From Phaeosaccion multiseriatum (taxonomy: Eukaryota > Protista > Ochrophyta, other classes), in the NCBI GenBank assembly GCA_965112735.1, contig OZ218950.1, positions 5,332,001 through 5,396,000 of the forward strand: 64,000 nucleotides of DNA, written 5' to 3'. The position numbers were made by a program, and so were the translations under genes. Under the pieces are notes generated by a model. It made no database searches, was not told the DNA's origin, and was given only the letters and a program-made list of their open reading frames with translations. Below, piece after piece: positions 1 to 13,149 of the stretch (position 1 is its first letter; every line of letters begins with the position of its first letter).

Positions 1-9
1 ACGCGCCCC

Positions 10-661
10 ATGATTTCCCCCACATCGGCAACAGCAGGTCGTGGCGGGGGCAAGAGCCGAAAGGGGGCTGTCCCAACTCACCCAGGAGGTGAAGGGGGAG
101 GAGGGGAGTGGACAATGGCCCATCCCAAGCCAGGAGTAGCCGGTTTGGAAACGATGGGTGCCCTGACCCCGCAGCGGGTATCTTCAGCGCCGCCCACGGA
201 GCATTCTGCAAACATGGCTTCTTGGCAGCATCAGCAGCAGCACCAGCAGCACCAGCACCAGCACCAGCAGCAGCAGCAGCAACATGCCCATGGCAGGGCC
301 CCACCGCAGCAGCAGCAGTCAGGTGGGCCCATGGGAATGGGCGCACCTCAGCAGCAGCAGGCTCGAATGATGGCTCCCCCACCACAACAAGGACAGCAGG
401 CCACTCCCCCGCATCCGCCTCAGGCACAGATAGGTATGCCTGGCCAAATGTCTCCGCAGCGCCTACCACAGCAGCAGCAGGGAGGGCAGCAGCCGCCGCC
501 ACCGCAAGGTATCCCCCAAGGCCACATCACTGGACAAATGGGGCAGCGAGCAGGGCCCCAACAAGGCCAAATGGGGATGGGCGGCGGCCCTGGGATGCCG
601 AGAGTAGGAATGAATGTGATGCCAGCACAATCATCCCAGCAGATGGCGTTGCCTCCTCATG

Positions 662-696
<35 letters not shown>

Positions 697-3600
697 GTGC
701 CTCCACAGGCACAGGCTGGACAGCAGCAGCAGCATCAGCAGCATGCTGGACAATTGGGTCAGCCTAATCACCAGCAGCAGCAGATGTATTATAATCTGAT
801 GCAGCAGCAGCAAATGCAGCAGCAGCAGCAGCAGCAGCAGCAGCACCCTCACCCATACAACCCCGTGCAACTTCAGCAAGGGTATGGATATCCGCCGATG
901 GGAGGCATTGCTTTGCAACAGCAGCAGCAACAACAGCAACAACAGCAGCAGCAACAGCAACAGCGACCTCCGCAGCCAGGAATGGGTGGTGCGGCGATAC
1001 CAGCGCCAGTACCCCAGCCAAAGCCAAGGGAGAGAAAGGTAATGACCATCACTGATCCTAAGACCGGCAAGCCAATTGAACTTGTACCCAAGGGTGGCGC
1101 AGGCAGTGCACCAAGCAGCTCAGCCAGTAATGGTGGAGGTGCCGACGGGAAGAAACAAGGAGACGTGTCTGGACCTTCGGCAGCCCCGAGGAGTACTCTC
1201 GGCAAAGCCGCGACGAGCAGTGGCGAATCTGCGGCTGTCGAGGAAATGAAAGCTAAGATCAAAGCCGCGAAGGGTATGGAGGGCGCCGGGAAGGGTGCAA
1301 AGGGTGCTGCTGCACCTGCACCTGCTGCTGCTACTGGTGGAGGTGCTGAAGCCACTGCCCCAGCAGAAGGAGCGGGAGGTGGGAGTGGAGACGACTCTTT
1401 CTCCTTTGGAGACTTTGGTGAGGACGATACGGCAGCAGGGAAGGCTGCAAGGGCTGGGAATGGGAAGGCCCCAGCAGAGGGGGAGAGGAAGGCGAGAGGC
1501 CTGGACATCGAGCAGCAGACCAAGGCGGCAGCAGAAGCGGCGGAAGCAGCAGCAGCAGCAGCGACGAAGAAGGCCGCCGAAGACGAGCAGCTTGCTTTGA
1601 AGAGGGCAGGGGAGAAGAAAGAAGAGGAGGAGAGGAAGGCGAAGGACGAGGTGGACAAAGCTGCATCTGCTGCGAAGAAAAGGGAGGCTGAGGCGCAGCA
1701 GGCGGAAGAAGAGAAGAAGGCTGCAGCCGCTTTGGTGAAGAAGGCCGAGGAGGAAAAGATAGCCAAGGCGCAAGAGGAACAGAAGAGGGCAAAGGAAGAA
1801 GCAGAGGCAGCGAAGAAACAAGCGGCCACCGCAGCTGAGGAGAAGAAGAGGGCATCTGCAAAGGCGGCAGCAGAGGCACAAGCGGAGGAGGAGAGGAAAG
1901 AGAAGCTGCGTGTAGCTACCCAGACTGAGGCTTCGGCAACACCTGAGGCTGCGGTTAGCAAGGCACCTGCGGTGGACATGGATGCAAAGGGCAAAGCGGT
2001 AGAGGGTGCAGAGGCTGCGGCGACGAGTGCCAGTGCAAGTGCCAGTGCTACGCCCGAGGTAGAGGAGTCTTGGGAAGTGCATGACACAAAGCCAGCAGCG
2101 GGACTTAGGCCGGGGGGGGGGCTGCGACCGGGGGGCGGGCTGAGGCCAGGAGGGGGCAAGATGGGCGCTCCCAAGATGTCTTCTTCTGCGCCAAGTGCCG
2201 TGTCGGCGCCCGCTGTGCCTCCGCCGGCAGACGGGCTGAAGATCGGTACCTTGGTGAGTGACAAGTGGGTCTATCAGCTAGACGAGCTCCGGAAGTTCAA
2301 GGGTCTGTTTGAAAGCATGCCGGGCCTGCCCGACTTCTCCATCCAGGTGGAGAGCAGTGGCGGCAGAGGGGGAGGGGGTGGAGGGGCTCAGCGTGGAGGG
2401 TACCCACAAAAGGGGGCTGGGCAGGGCGGGAGTTACGGACAAGGAGGAGGCGGCCCAGGACCCCGGCAGCAGCAGGGAGGGGGCGGGCCCCGAGGACAGC
2501 AGCAGCAAATGCAGATGCAGCACGGGGGACAACATCAGAACTACGGTGGGGGAGGGGGCAACCAATGGCAAAGGGGGCAACGGTTGCCAGAGCCGCGACC
2601 GCAGACTCAGCAGCAAGGGGGCCGTGGGGCGGGAGGCGGGAGGGGTGGGAGGGGAGGGCAACAACAGTTTGGTGGAAGGGGGGGCGGGGGCGGACCAGAC
2701 TTTTTCGACGGTCCTGTCGTTCCACTTGCCAAGAGTGAGAACCGATGGGTGCCCATCAAGGACAACTCTCCTCTCATCAAGATGCGTAAGTCGGTGCAGG
2801 CCATTCTCAATAAGATGACCAGGGAGAAGTTCGACAAGCTCTCGGCGTCGCTGCTGGAGCTGCCCATGGACTCTCTCGGTCACCTCAAGATTATGGTAGA
2901 GATGGTGTTCGAGAAGGCACTGGACGAGGGTTACCTTGTGGACATGTACGCTGACCTGTGCGTCACTCTCAACGAGAAGAGCTCCGCGTGGACCTTTGTC
3001 AAGCCCATCTACAACGAGGATGCTAACCAGTGGCTGTGGACACCCGATGTTGGTAAGTATGGCGGCCCTACGAAACGAGACAAAGGAGAAGGGCGATCGT
3101 GGCGATGGATACATATACACATACGTACAGTACTTGTGTGTGTGTGTGTGTGTGTGTGTGTTGTTTTATGTCTCTAACTTGAAAATTGTTCTCTCTCCCT
3201 CTCTTTCTTCTCTTGAACTCGAAATTTTGTCTCTCAGGGGTGGACACGGAGGTGGTCGGCCCCTTCAAGTCCGTGGAGGAAGCCACGGCAATGGCAACGG
3301 ACGAGGAGCGGGACGTAGAGCCCACACCCAGGCCCTACGATATGGAGGTGGTACAGCTGCGCATCAAGGACGGCAAGCTCGTGAAGATCATGCAGGGCAA
3401 GCTGCCGGAGCAAGTGGGCGACCTCTACATTGTGTACATGAGCGTGGAGGAGGGTAAGAAGCAGCACGCCATCTCTTCGGACGGGTTCGCGTCAGAGGCA
3501 GACGCCTTGGAGAACGCCGGCAAGAAGACGGCCTTGAAGGCGCTGCTTCTCAACAAGTAAGCATCTCTTTTCTCTCTCACACTTGGAACAGACGGTCCAA

Positions 3601-5660
3601 CACAGTCACTCAGGGGGCTAGCTTTCGTCCTCCCCCCCCTCGAGTGGTTTGCCTGCCAGTCTTTGTTCCCTTGCTCTCTCTTGCAAAAGAACTTACACAT
3701 GCATCTATATGTTTGCACTTGGCACGACGACTACCAGGTGTCAGGAGGAGTTCGAGAAACAGGACATTTACGAGGAGCTCACCAAGGAAGAGGCCAAATT
3801 CCCCTGGGACAGCCTCAAGGACGCAGACGAGATTGCGCTCACGAAGGCCATCTTCGAGGACAAGAAGAAGAAGGCCAAGAGCCGCATGCTCGGCAACATT
3901 CGGTTCATTGGGGAGCTGTACAAGAAGGACGTAAGTTGTTGGAGGACTTTTAAGAACTGTGTTGTTCTGTTACTGTCAGGCCTCTGTGCGCCACTGGCTA
4001 CTCTGTTTTGTTAACTTTTTTGTCGTTTTCGGGCGCCCCTCCCTTTTCTCATCGTATCTTACATAACAGATGTTGCGAGAGAACATCATTCACGGGTGCA
4101 TTTCAAAGCTGTTGGGCGAGGACAACCCGAAGGACAAGGCTCCCACGTCGGGCAAGGCTGACAAGAAGGCGGCCAAGTCAGGCAAGGGAGGCAGTGCAGC
4201 CTCTACCGCCCCGCTGCCCGACGAGGAGAACCTCGACGGGCTGTGCAAGATGCTGGTGAGCATCGGGTCCAAGCTTGAGCACGGCAAGAAGGGCTTCAAG
4301 CTCGATGACTACCTGGACCGCCTCAACAAGCTGTCGGACAATAAGGCCATCAGCAGTCGGATCCGCTTCATGATCAAGGACCTGTTCGAGTGCAAGGTGA
4401 GAGAGAGAGAGGCGAGGAGGAGGGAGGCCCTTTTGCTTTCCCTTTCACTTTCTTTTCTTCACGACTTGTCTTGAACCTTACCATATCTTGACTCTTGACA
4501 TTTTTTCTGTCTTGTTTTTGTGCTTCGCAGCGCAATCATTGGATTCCCAGGAGGAAGGAAACGAAGTCCAAGACCTTGGACGAGATCCGTAGAGAAGCAG
4601 CCCAGGACCAAGTTGCCAAGGGAGGCCGACCGGCGGGCCCAGTGAGGCCTGCAGCTGGAGGAGGAGGAGGGGGGGGGGGGGAGGAGGAGGAAGAGGAGGA
4701 GGAATGAGAGACGACCGACGAATGGGTGGTGGAGGGCACGACTCAAGGGGTGGCGGCATGTCAAGAGGACAGGATTCCAGAGGAGGAGGCTCTCGCCAAG
4801 ATTCTCGGCAAGACTTTGGAGGACGAGGCGGAGGCGGGCAAGATAGCAGGGGGGCGTTTGGCAACATCGCTGGCGGGGGTTCGAGGAGGCCGCAAGGGGG
4901 AGGGGGAGGGCCGCAGCAGTGTGGGTCACCATCCCAGCCAGCCTCGGGGCCTCCGATGGCAGAAGAGGAGAAGATGGACTCCGCTCTGCTCGAGAGAAGA
5001 GTAAAGTGTATGATGGACGAGTACATTGTCAATCGCGACAAGGAGGAGGCGCTGCTCTGCATGAAGGAGCTTCCCCCGATGCAAGGCGGGACTTGCTTGG
5101 TGGAGAAGCTGATTGGGCGTTGTGTGGAGGGCAAGGCAGCAAACGTGCCTCACCTTGTGGCCCTGCTCCGTTTGCTGTGCGAGGGCGGCACGCTGCCTAA
5201 GGGGGGCGTGCACGAAGGTCTCCGACCTCATCTCGAGTTCCTCTCAGACGCCATCGTGGACTCCCCCAACGCAATCGTAAGAGGAAAAGTGGGGGCAGTG
5301 GACGATCCCTATGACTCCCTCCCCCCCCTTCCCCCTCCACTGCGGTTTTTCATTGAGTTTCTTTCCCCCTTCTCCTGTCCTTTCCTTTCCGTGCAGGCCA
5401 TGGTGGCGCAACCGTTGGCCTGTCTATTCTCCGAGGGGGCCGCGTCCTTCCAATTCGTCGTGGACGTGCTCAAGGCACACAACGAGCAGGATGTGGCCAG
5501 CAAGCAGATGGGGACCACCCTGGCGCTGCTCATCACCATGAAGGAGGGCGGGGACAAGATGTTGGCCGGCTTCAAGCTGCCCACCCTCTTGCCCGACAAG
5601 AATGCCGGCATGAACTTTGTCAAGCAATGGGGCCTGGGCGAGTTCTATGACTTCAGGTGA
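10..5660 (+). CDS. eIF4G: Eukaryotic translation initiation factor 4G (polyQ N-terminus, MIF4G and MA3 domains), multi-exon
   Basis: Motifs RERKVMTITDPKTG, YQLDELRKF (eIF4E-binding-like), VQAILNKMTREKFDKL, MLGNIRFIGELYK, ISSRIRFMIKDL, SKTLDEIRREA, and MA3-like VKCMMDEYIVNRDKEEALLCMKEL. GT-AG introns join the ORF pieces. One frame break lies in a G13 run at 4669-4681. The true start could be a downstream ATG (e.g. 115). Confidence 0.93.
225..963 (+). repeat. Coding (CAG/CAA)n polyglutamine tracts in the eIF4G N-terminus
   Basis: Several cagcagcag runs in the eIF4G frame. Confidence 0.9.
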
Positions 5661-5874
5661 GTAAGAAAGGGGTTGAGCCGCCCTACCTGGGGTGGCAACG
5701 GGCTAATAAGCTGAAACTGAAACTGGTTAAGTTGAGGGGCGGAGGGGCGGCCTGGACGGACTATGCTCCCCTCCTTCTCTCCCGGCTCCGTTCTGATAAT
5801 CCTTCTTGCCATCTCTGCACCACAACTCTCCTCTCCCGCGGCTTGCTCACGCGCAGGCCTTGAATGGATCTCTC

Positions 5875-5929
5875 CTGAGTGACGACGCACCCGCGGAGGG
5901 AGGCTGAGTGACGACGCACCGCGGAGGGA
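5875..5929. repeat. Short tandem duplication (~27 bp x2) in the eIF4G/HflX 3' intergenic region
   Basis: ctgagtgacgacgcacc(c)gcggaggga at 5875-5901 and 5904-5929. Confidence 0.85.
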
Positions 5930-6007
5930 TAAATTCCCTCCTCCTCCCTTGAGACTTAGACTTTGTTAGTGTAATTGGAAGACAAGGGATTTATTCTATA
6001 TATTACA

Positions 6008-9000
6008 TCACAGTGAGGCGAGGGCATCGAGAGCATCGCCTTGCGTCTTGTGCCTGCGCTTTGCAATGGCCGCCCAGTCAACATCATCGTCGTTGTTGTC
6101 CTCGCCGTCGTCGACCGCTATCTCTTTCAACTGGGCCAGCCTTGCCTGTCTGAATTCCTCCGTAAAGTACGGCTCGAGGCGATTCATAGCCTCGTCGGGC
6201 ACTCTCGCCTGAACCAAGTGGGGGTTAGGACGGGGGGGGTCAGCGGAGGAGGCAACGAACACGGTGCATAGCCCCTTTCCTCTTTCCTCAAAGGTCCGCC
6301 CTCGACTTCACCTTGATGTATGTGCCGCCATCTCTATACTCTTCCACGTCGCATGCCCCGAAAGAGTGCACGAGGTTCATGAGCTCTCCCTTGTCGTAGG
6401 GCACAAGGGCCTCCACCTCCTCCAGCAGCAAGTCCAGGGCGTCCTCCACCGCAGAAATGAATCCCTGCTCAGGCATTGCAGGCCGGTGGTCGAAGGTCGA
6501 GGGTTAGGTTAGGCAGAGCCGGACTCAAAGGTACGACAGACGTGAGATGGAGGTGCCAACCGGCCCCACTCCGTACATTTCACTTTGCTCTCCGAGGGCA
6601 CCCTGGTCCACACAAGCTTGCTTACCTCCATGCCTTGGCCCTCAAGCGACGATGCTGCCACTGTGAGTGGTAGTGCCTTGGCCTCCTCCGTCACGCGCTC
6701 CCTCTCCGCGGGCGACAGCAAGTCTACCTTATTCCATAGAGTGACAATTGGCGTGTCGTCCGGAACCATGTCCGCGAGCACCTGGACGGGAAATGAGGGG
6801 GGCGGATGGCGAACGGGCGCATGGGACGGACGGACGGACGGACGGACGGACGGACGGACGGACAGACGGACGGACGGACAGGTCAGCGGGTAAGTAGGTT
6901 TCAATCGAGAGGCGCACACACACACAACATGGACTGGGCCTTCTTACCTTCATCACTGCACTCATTTGCTTGCCCCAGGAAGGGCTGCTGATGTCCACCA
7001 CATGCACAATCACGTCCGCTTCCACCACCTCCTCTAGAGTTGCCCGGAAGGCGGCGACAAGGTTGGTGGGCAGCTTCTGGATGAAGCCCACGGTGTCCGT
7101 CACCATCACCTCAGGATGTGCCCGGGCTCCGGGTAAACGGACGCGTCTTGTCGAGGAAAAGAGTAATGGAGAGAGCGTGAGAAGATGTCGGTTGGTCTTT
7201 CGAGTCATCCTTCTTCCCAACGTTCGGCAGTAGTGGGGATGCTTCACAATCACTCTCACCTGGTTGTGGGGTCCAGCGTCGCGAAGAGCATGTTCTCGGC
7301 AAAGACTCCCGCCTTTGTGAGCCCGTTTAGCAGTGTGCTCTTGCCCGCGTTGGTGTACCCTACAAGAGCAATGATGGGCATTCCTAGCTTGTCTCGGCGC
7401 CGACGATGCAAGTCACGATGTCTCCGAATGTTCACGAGAGACTTTTGGAGGTCCTGTATACTCTCCTTGATGAGTCTGCGATCCACCTCTGTTCGGTTCA
7501 TCACGTAAAGAGGTAAGAGATACGCATGGATAGATGATGGGTAAGAGTTTTTCCAGCAGGCGCCTTTGAGCCTTTAAAAAACAACTCACGATGAGCTAGT
7601 TTCAAGAGGAAAGCCCTGTAGTGCACCCTCACCTAGCTGCTTCTCGCCAGGGCCTCTCAAACCCGCTGTTCCTGACGATCCCCCGCCCCCACTGCCCGCC
7701 TGCCTTTCCAAGTGGGTCCACAACTTGGTGAGTCTGGGCAGGCGGTAGAGATTGAGGGCGAGCTCGACCTGCAGCTGGCCTTCCTTTGTGCGCGCGTGCT
7801 GAGAGAAGATGTCTAGAATGAGGGCTGTTCTATCCAGGACCTTAATGCCGCTCTCCTCTCCTCCAAACTCGTTCTGTAGGAGTGGAGGGGGGAGAGGAGG
7901 GACGTGGTTGTCAACAAATACATGCATGTACCAGAAGACACGGAAATGGTGAAAGCCACGGACCTCGAGATTGCGCTGCTGCCCGGGTGAGAGCTCCCGA
8001 TCCAGTACGACTGTACAGCAGCCAAGAGCTTGACACGCTCGCTTCACTTCCTTGACCTTCCCCGTCCCAATGTACGTGCGCGGGTTGGGTTCCAAAACTC
8101 GCTGGTAGGTGGTCCCTACCACCTCGAGACCAGCCGTGCCCGCTAGCTCGGATAGCTCACTGAGGGACTCCTCCAGTGTGAAGGTGTCCTCCCGGTCCTT
8201 CTTGCGCTCAGCTGCCAATCGCTCCTGCTCTCTCACGGTACGTTCACGGTCAGGGATAAGAACCGTTAATTCTGGGAGCATATGGGAGCAGCCAAGGGCG
8301 CAGTCTCAATCGCCCTCGCCTCGGGGGCCTAACCTGTTCTTCTTCATCCCATCCTTGGTCCGCATCCTCCCGTGCCTGCCGCCTTCGGACGGCTCGCCCC
8401 CTGTCCTCCAAGCCAACGAGAAAGGCCTTTTCTAGGCCGCGTGTTAGCTTCGGATCATAGAAGCGGGTGCTTCGCTCCATGAGCATGTCTTCCAAGTTCC
8501 TCGTGCCACCACTAGTCTCCTCCTCAAATCCATCCCTGCTGGTTGCTGTTACTCCAGTGAGACTGCCAAACGCGTCGGACGTGGTGATACCCTTGCGCTC
8601 ATCGAAATCGTCCGGCAAATCTATTCAAGACAACATTGGGAGTTGCTCTTGCGTTAATAGCAGCGGGTATGAGATTAGAAGAGAGTGCCGATCACACTTA
8701 CCCATACTCGGCGCTCCATTGTATCCATCGTACACCGCAACGCTGTCCCCCTCGTCCTCGGTCAAGCTCATGTCCATCGCCCTGTCGTCCTTGTTATACA
8801 TAACCTCATCTTGCCAGAGAAGGAGATTGTTTGCCGCCTCGTCACCGCGGCGGCTGTCCGCACCCCCGTCCTCTGCTCTGGCTTCCCCATCCTCCGTCCA
8901 AAAGGGTCCTGGCTCGTCCTTTGCTTTCCTCCTCCTCCTCGGCTTCTTCGCAAAGAGTACGCTTCTCGCCGGCCTAGAGAGAGGCAGTCCCGGGGAACAT

Positions 9001-9233
9001 CTGGATAGGGCTGAACATGCATCAAGCGTCCCTCCCCCTGCCTCGGCCGATGCGCTTTGTCCGAAAGAGCATCTTCTGACACTTCGCACAGGCAGTGAGA
9101 CGCTCAGAGCTTGCGATGGGCGCACAACTAGGCACAGCTGAGGCAGAACCAGCAGTGTCAGCACAGCAGTGCCTTCGTTTATCCCCTTTCTTAGTACCCG
9201 CCGGCGCCGTGCTCCTCCCCCTACTGTGCTCAT
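6008..9233 (-). CDS. hflX: HflX ribosome-splitting GTPase, probably plastid-targeted, multi-exon
   Basis: Motifs [75 protein letters not shown] (G1), [20 protein letters not shown] (G3), NKVD (G4). Hydrophobic leader [16 protein letters not shown] followed by a Ser/Arg-rich stretch. Confidence 0.93.
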
Positions 9234-9351
9234 CACTTCAGAAGGCTGTGGTTTGGGGGGGAAGTCGCGGGGCTGAACAGCTGGTACTCAAATTCTTTGC
9301 CTTGGTGCCTTCCCCCCTTCAACTTGACATCCAAACACCTGAAAAACACAT

Positions 9352-9766
9352 CGGCGCCGTGCACGCCTAGCGGCCTAGGCCTATTTTGGAAAATTGCCCG
9401 GCCTAGCGAGGGCCGTAGGCCCTCGGCCTAGGGCAGACGCCAACTAGGCGCAGGTCCAGGGCGGGAATATGCTCATATGCCCCTGGGCTGGCCCGGAACC
9501 CGCCCAAGTGTCGTCAGTTTTAAGCAAATGTATTGCATGGGATAAGTGAGGAGTAGACGTTCGTGTTGTCTCTTTCCGCCTCGCTGGCCCTACGAGGAGT
9601 GCAGGCCTACAGGTGTGCTGCTACCCACTGGCTGGGCGGCACCACGCACGCGCCCACGGTCACTGGGAGGCTAGGCCGCCTAGGGCTGAAAAGTGAGCGG
9701 CCTAGGCCTATTTCGGCCGAAGGCCGAGCGGCCTAGAGCCTAGGCCGCTAGGCGTGCACGGGGCCG
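9352..9766. mobile_element. MITE-like non-autonomous DNA transposon (~415 bp)
   Basis: 29-bp terminal inverted repeats with 1 mismatch: cggcgccgtgcacgcctagcggcctaggc (9352-9380) and gcctaggccgctaggcgtgcacggggccg (9738-9766). Flanks aaacacat / aaacacaa resemble a target-site duplication. Internal ggcctag repeats, no ORF. Confidence 0.8.
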
Positions 9767-9985
9767 AAACACAAGTTACTGGATTATTGTAGCCTTTCCT
9801 CCGCCGCTGGAGTAGTTCGTTTACACACAAGTGTGCTCAGCGGATCGAGCGTGTGATGAATACAATTTCACACAGTCACACAGCAAACAACTTCCTAATA
9901 TGAGCTCTCAAGGACGTACAACACTTTGTGAGCATTGGCGCTCCTCGGCTAATTCGCTTCTTTCTTCTCTAATAAACACACACAC

Positions 9986-12409
9986 TTAGACGGCTCCGGC
10001 CTGGACCTCATTTTGTACCTCCGCTCCCGGCACGTTCTTCTGTCGCATCTCGGGGTAGGTCTGTCCACCGTGCTTGGAGTCGTCCATGCCAATCTCCTCC
10101 ATCTCCTTGGACACACGCATGCCGATGGTCACCTGGATCGTCATGAAGAGAGCGGTGCACAGAATACCCACCCAGGCGATGACAGCCTGCAAGGTGGCGG
10201 GATGAGGGTGGGTGGTGTGTGGGTGTGAGTGGCCATAGGAGGGCAAAGGCAGCGCAGTAGCAGCAGTAGGGACTCACCAGGATGAAGCAGATGTTGGCGC
10301 CGAGCAGGTTTCCCTTTCCTCCGTAGAACACTCCGGCGCACTTGTTGAGTCGCTCATCGTAGTAGGCGTTGGCGTAGTTCTCCTTGGTGGCGAAGAAGCC
10401 AGGTGCAAGCACACCCCAGATTCCGCAGAACAGATGGACTGTTTTTAGGGGCAAAGGGGGGGCACGGGGTGTCAGAAGCGGCAATGCGTGTAAAAGCTTG
10501 TAACACGCATAGGAATTGCGTACCTGGGACAGCATCAACGACATCGTCGATCTGCAGGCTCACGAGGAGCTTGCTGGCGAAGACGTAGATGACGCCGGCA
10601 ATGAGGCCGATGATGAAGGCTCCATATGGCTCAACGACGGAGCATCCACCAGTGATGCCCACGAGGCCAGCCAGGATGCCGTTGTTGGCCATGCCGTGGT
10701 CCCAGTAGCCCATGGTGAACTTGCCGATGATCACCGTCATGAGCGCGCCGGAGCCGGCGGCAATGGTGGTGGTGACCATGGACTTGGCGGCCACGACGGC
10801 AGCACCCTCGCTGGCAATGTACAGGGTGGAGCAGCCGTTGAAGCCGTACCATCCGAACCAGAGGATGAGGACACCGAGGGTCTGGAGGACAGCGGACTGC
10901 TGGGGAAGGGCGTTGGAGGAGCCGTCGGGGTTGAAGCGTCCGAGACGGGGGCCCACCACGATGGCGGCGCAAAGGGCGGCAATTCCACCTTTTGGGCAAG
11001 GGAAGGGGAGAGGGGGGTCAGATCAAGCCGTGCGGGGGGGCAAGCATTCATTTTCTCTTCGACGAAGGCAGGCACCGAGCCGAACCCAACGCAACGCACC
11101 AGTCATATGGACGACTCCGGAGCCTGCAAAGTCAGTCACTCCGCAGCCGAAGAGGAGGGCGTTGTTGGTGGAGGCGTCAGTACTGCGCCAGGCCGAGGCC
11201 CAGCCCTGTGTGTGCCAGCACCAGTGCACCACCACGGGGTAGATGAAGCCGGTCAGGACGATGGAGTAAATAACGTAGGCACCGAAAGCAACGCGCTCGG
11301 CGACGGCTCCAGACACGATGGTTGCGGCGGTGGCAGCGAAGGCCCACTGGAAGAGCCTGCAAGAGGGGGAACGAAAAAAATTGTCAGCGAAGTGCCAAAC
11401 CGCGTCAACATTGCCTGATTCCAACTCACCAGAAGGCGTACTGGTAGCTGCTGAAGCGGTTGGTCAGTCCCTCGGTGTTGCTCGTCTGGCCGGGGGGCTC
11501 AAAGAGGTCGCCGCTGAGCGCGAAGTCCGACCCGCCAATGAACTCTCCCTTGCTCTCCCCGAAGGCGAGTCCGAAGCCGATGAGCCACCAGACGAGCGAT
11601 CTGTCGAAGAACATGCCGAGAAGCACGGAGAGTTAGGATGGATGTGCCGTGGGAGGCGGTTCGGCTTGCCCATTTCAAAACTCACCCCATGGAGGCATCT
11701 CCGATATTCTTGATCAGAATGTTCTTGGTGTTCCTGATGGAGACGCAGCCGACCTCAAGCATGGCGAATCTGGATGGAGTGTGTATGAGTGAGTGAGTTG
11801 GGGTGTGTGTGTGGAGAGAGAGGGGTTGCTGTTTGTGAGTTTGGACGCAAAAGGGAAAGTCTTTCGCGTTCAGTTGGAAGGAGGGTATTGACTTGTAGAG
11901 GGCGGCGCTTTTCTTTCTCCCTCAGAAACTGAACTCACCCTGTTTGCATGAAGAACACCTTTTAACCAGACGGGGGCAGGGATAGAAAGAGGAGTACAGG
12001 GCAGCAGCAGCAACAACAGAGCATTAAGGAATGAGTAAGAATAACAGTGAACCGGCTGCCACAGTTCTGGCTCTGATCCTTCGTGTACAACGCGGGGATC
12101 GCTTACCAGGATGGCGCCTGTGTGGGTCCAACGCAGTAGATATGAGGCAAAAAGACGACCAGCGGGGGCAAGGACATTAAGGGCAGGGGAAGGGGCATTA
12201 CAAGCAGGGCCAGGGCCATTGAGAAAGCCATTTGCAGATGAGGGATCAGAGGAGCGCATGAGCGGTCCCACACGGCCAAAGCTGGAACCTCAAAGGAAAT
12301 CTCGCCTTTCGCTGCACCCCCCCTTCAAAGTTCGGATACAAAAGCACCATGAGTACGCACCGAAGAGCAGCCACCATGTGTCCAGAGAGTTTACGAGGAC
12401 ATCTGACAT
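9986..12409 (-). CDS. AMT1: Ammonium transporter, AMT1 family, multi-exon with two micro-exons
   Basis: Motifs WWLLFGAILVFFMQTGFAMLEVG (rebuilt across micro-exons), [89 protein letters not shown]. Confidence 0.95.
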
Positions 12410-13149
12410 TTTGAACGATGTCTGTTTGAGTGGTTGGATTTGGGGGCAGTTTGGCAACACAATTGAGCTACGAAGCGCCTCTTTTCGCACAAGCAGCGAG
12501 GTCATACACAGAGACACCCAGCAATGACACAGGGTGGCGGCATCGCCCCCGTCAAGCCCAGGAACGGGCTTGCGAAAGAAAAGAAAGGTGACAAACGAAC
12601 AATTCTGAAAATAGCATAAGAAAGCATCGTTGCAGCTTGAGTAGAGGCAAGGACCAGCTTCACGCAGCTGACAGTCCCCCCCTCCCTCTCTTATCTCTCC
12701 CCGCCCCTCCTCCCTCCAGATCAGGCCACACACCCTGTAAGCTTACCTTTACAACCCTTTTTAACAGCAATCCACCAGGCCAAAGGAAAGTGAGGTTGGG
12801 AATTGCACACCCACCCCTGGAAATAATGTAATCCCCAAGGGTGGGAAAAATTTTATTCAAAAAAAACAAAAAAATATCCGAACCCCTCGTGATCTCCACA
12901 GCCATCGCTCCGAACAGCCAGATGGTGGATGTTCGACCTCGACATCGAGGAGCTGCCACGTGCGCCGCATCATCAGCACTGCCCAAGGCCGCTGACCCGC
13001 CCACCAGGAGCAGGAGCGATCAGGCTCTCCTCAAGCCAGCGACGCAGCCACGTGCGCCAACCTCCACGCAGCCAACCGAGCCACCTTCGACATCATCTCG
13101 CAAGCAGGCAGCTACCGCTCCACGCGATCTAGAACCGGAAGCCCTCGAC

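Noticed and set aside
873-2264. Long antisense ORFs (also 2278-3120, 10516-11418, 52531-53457 and others)
   Set aside because: Shadow frames of GC-rich or low-complexity coding regions with no independent motifs
4669-4681. Apparent frameshift in eIF4G (programmed frameshift or pseudogene)
   Set aside because: It falls exactly in a G13 homopolymer and both sides are intact, so a sequencing or assembly indel is far more likely
12600-12700. GATA-type nitrogen-regulation sites upstream of AMT1
   Set aside because: Only one clear GATAAG, which is not above chance
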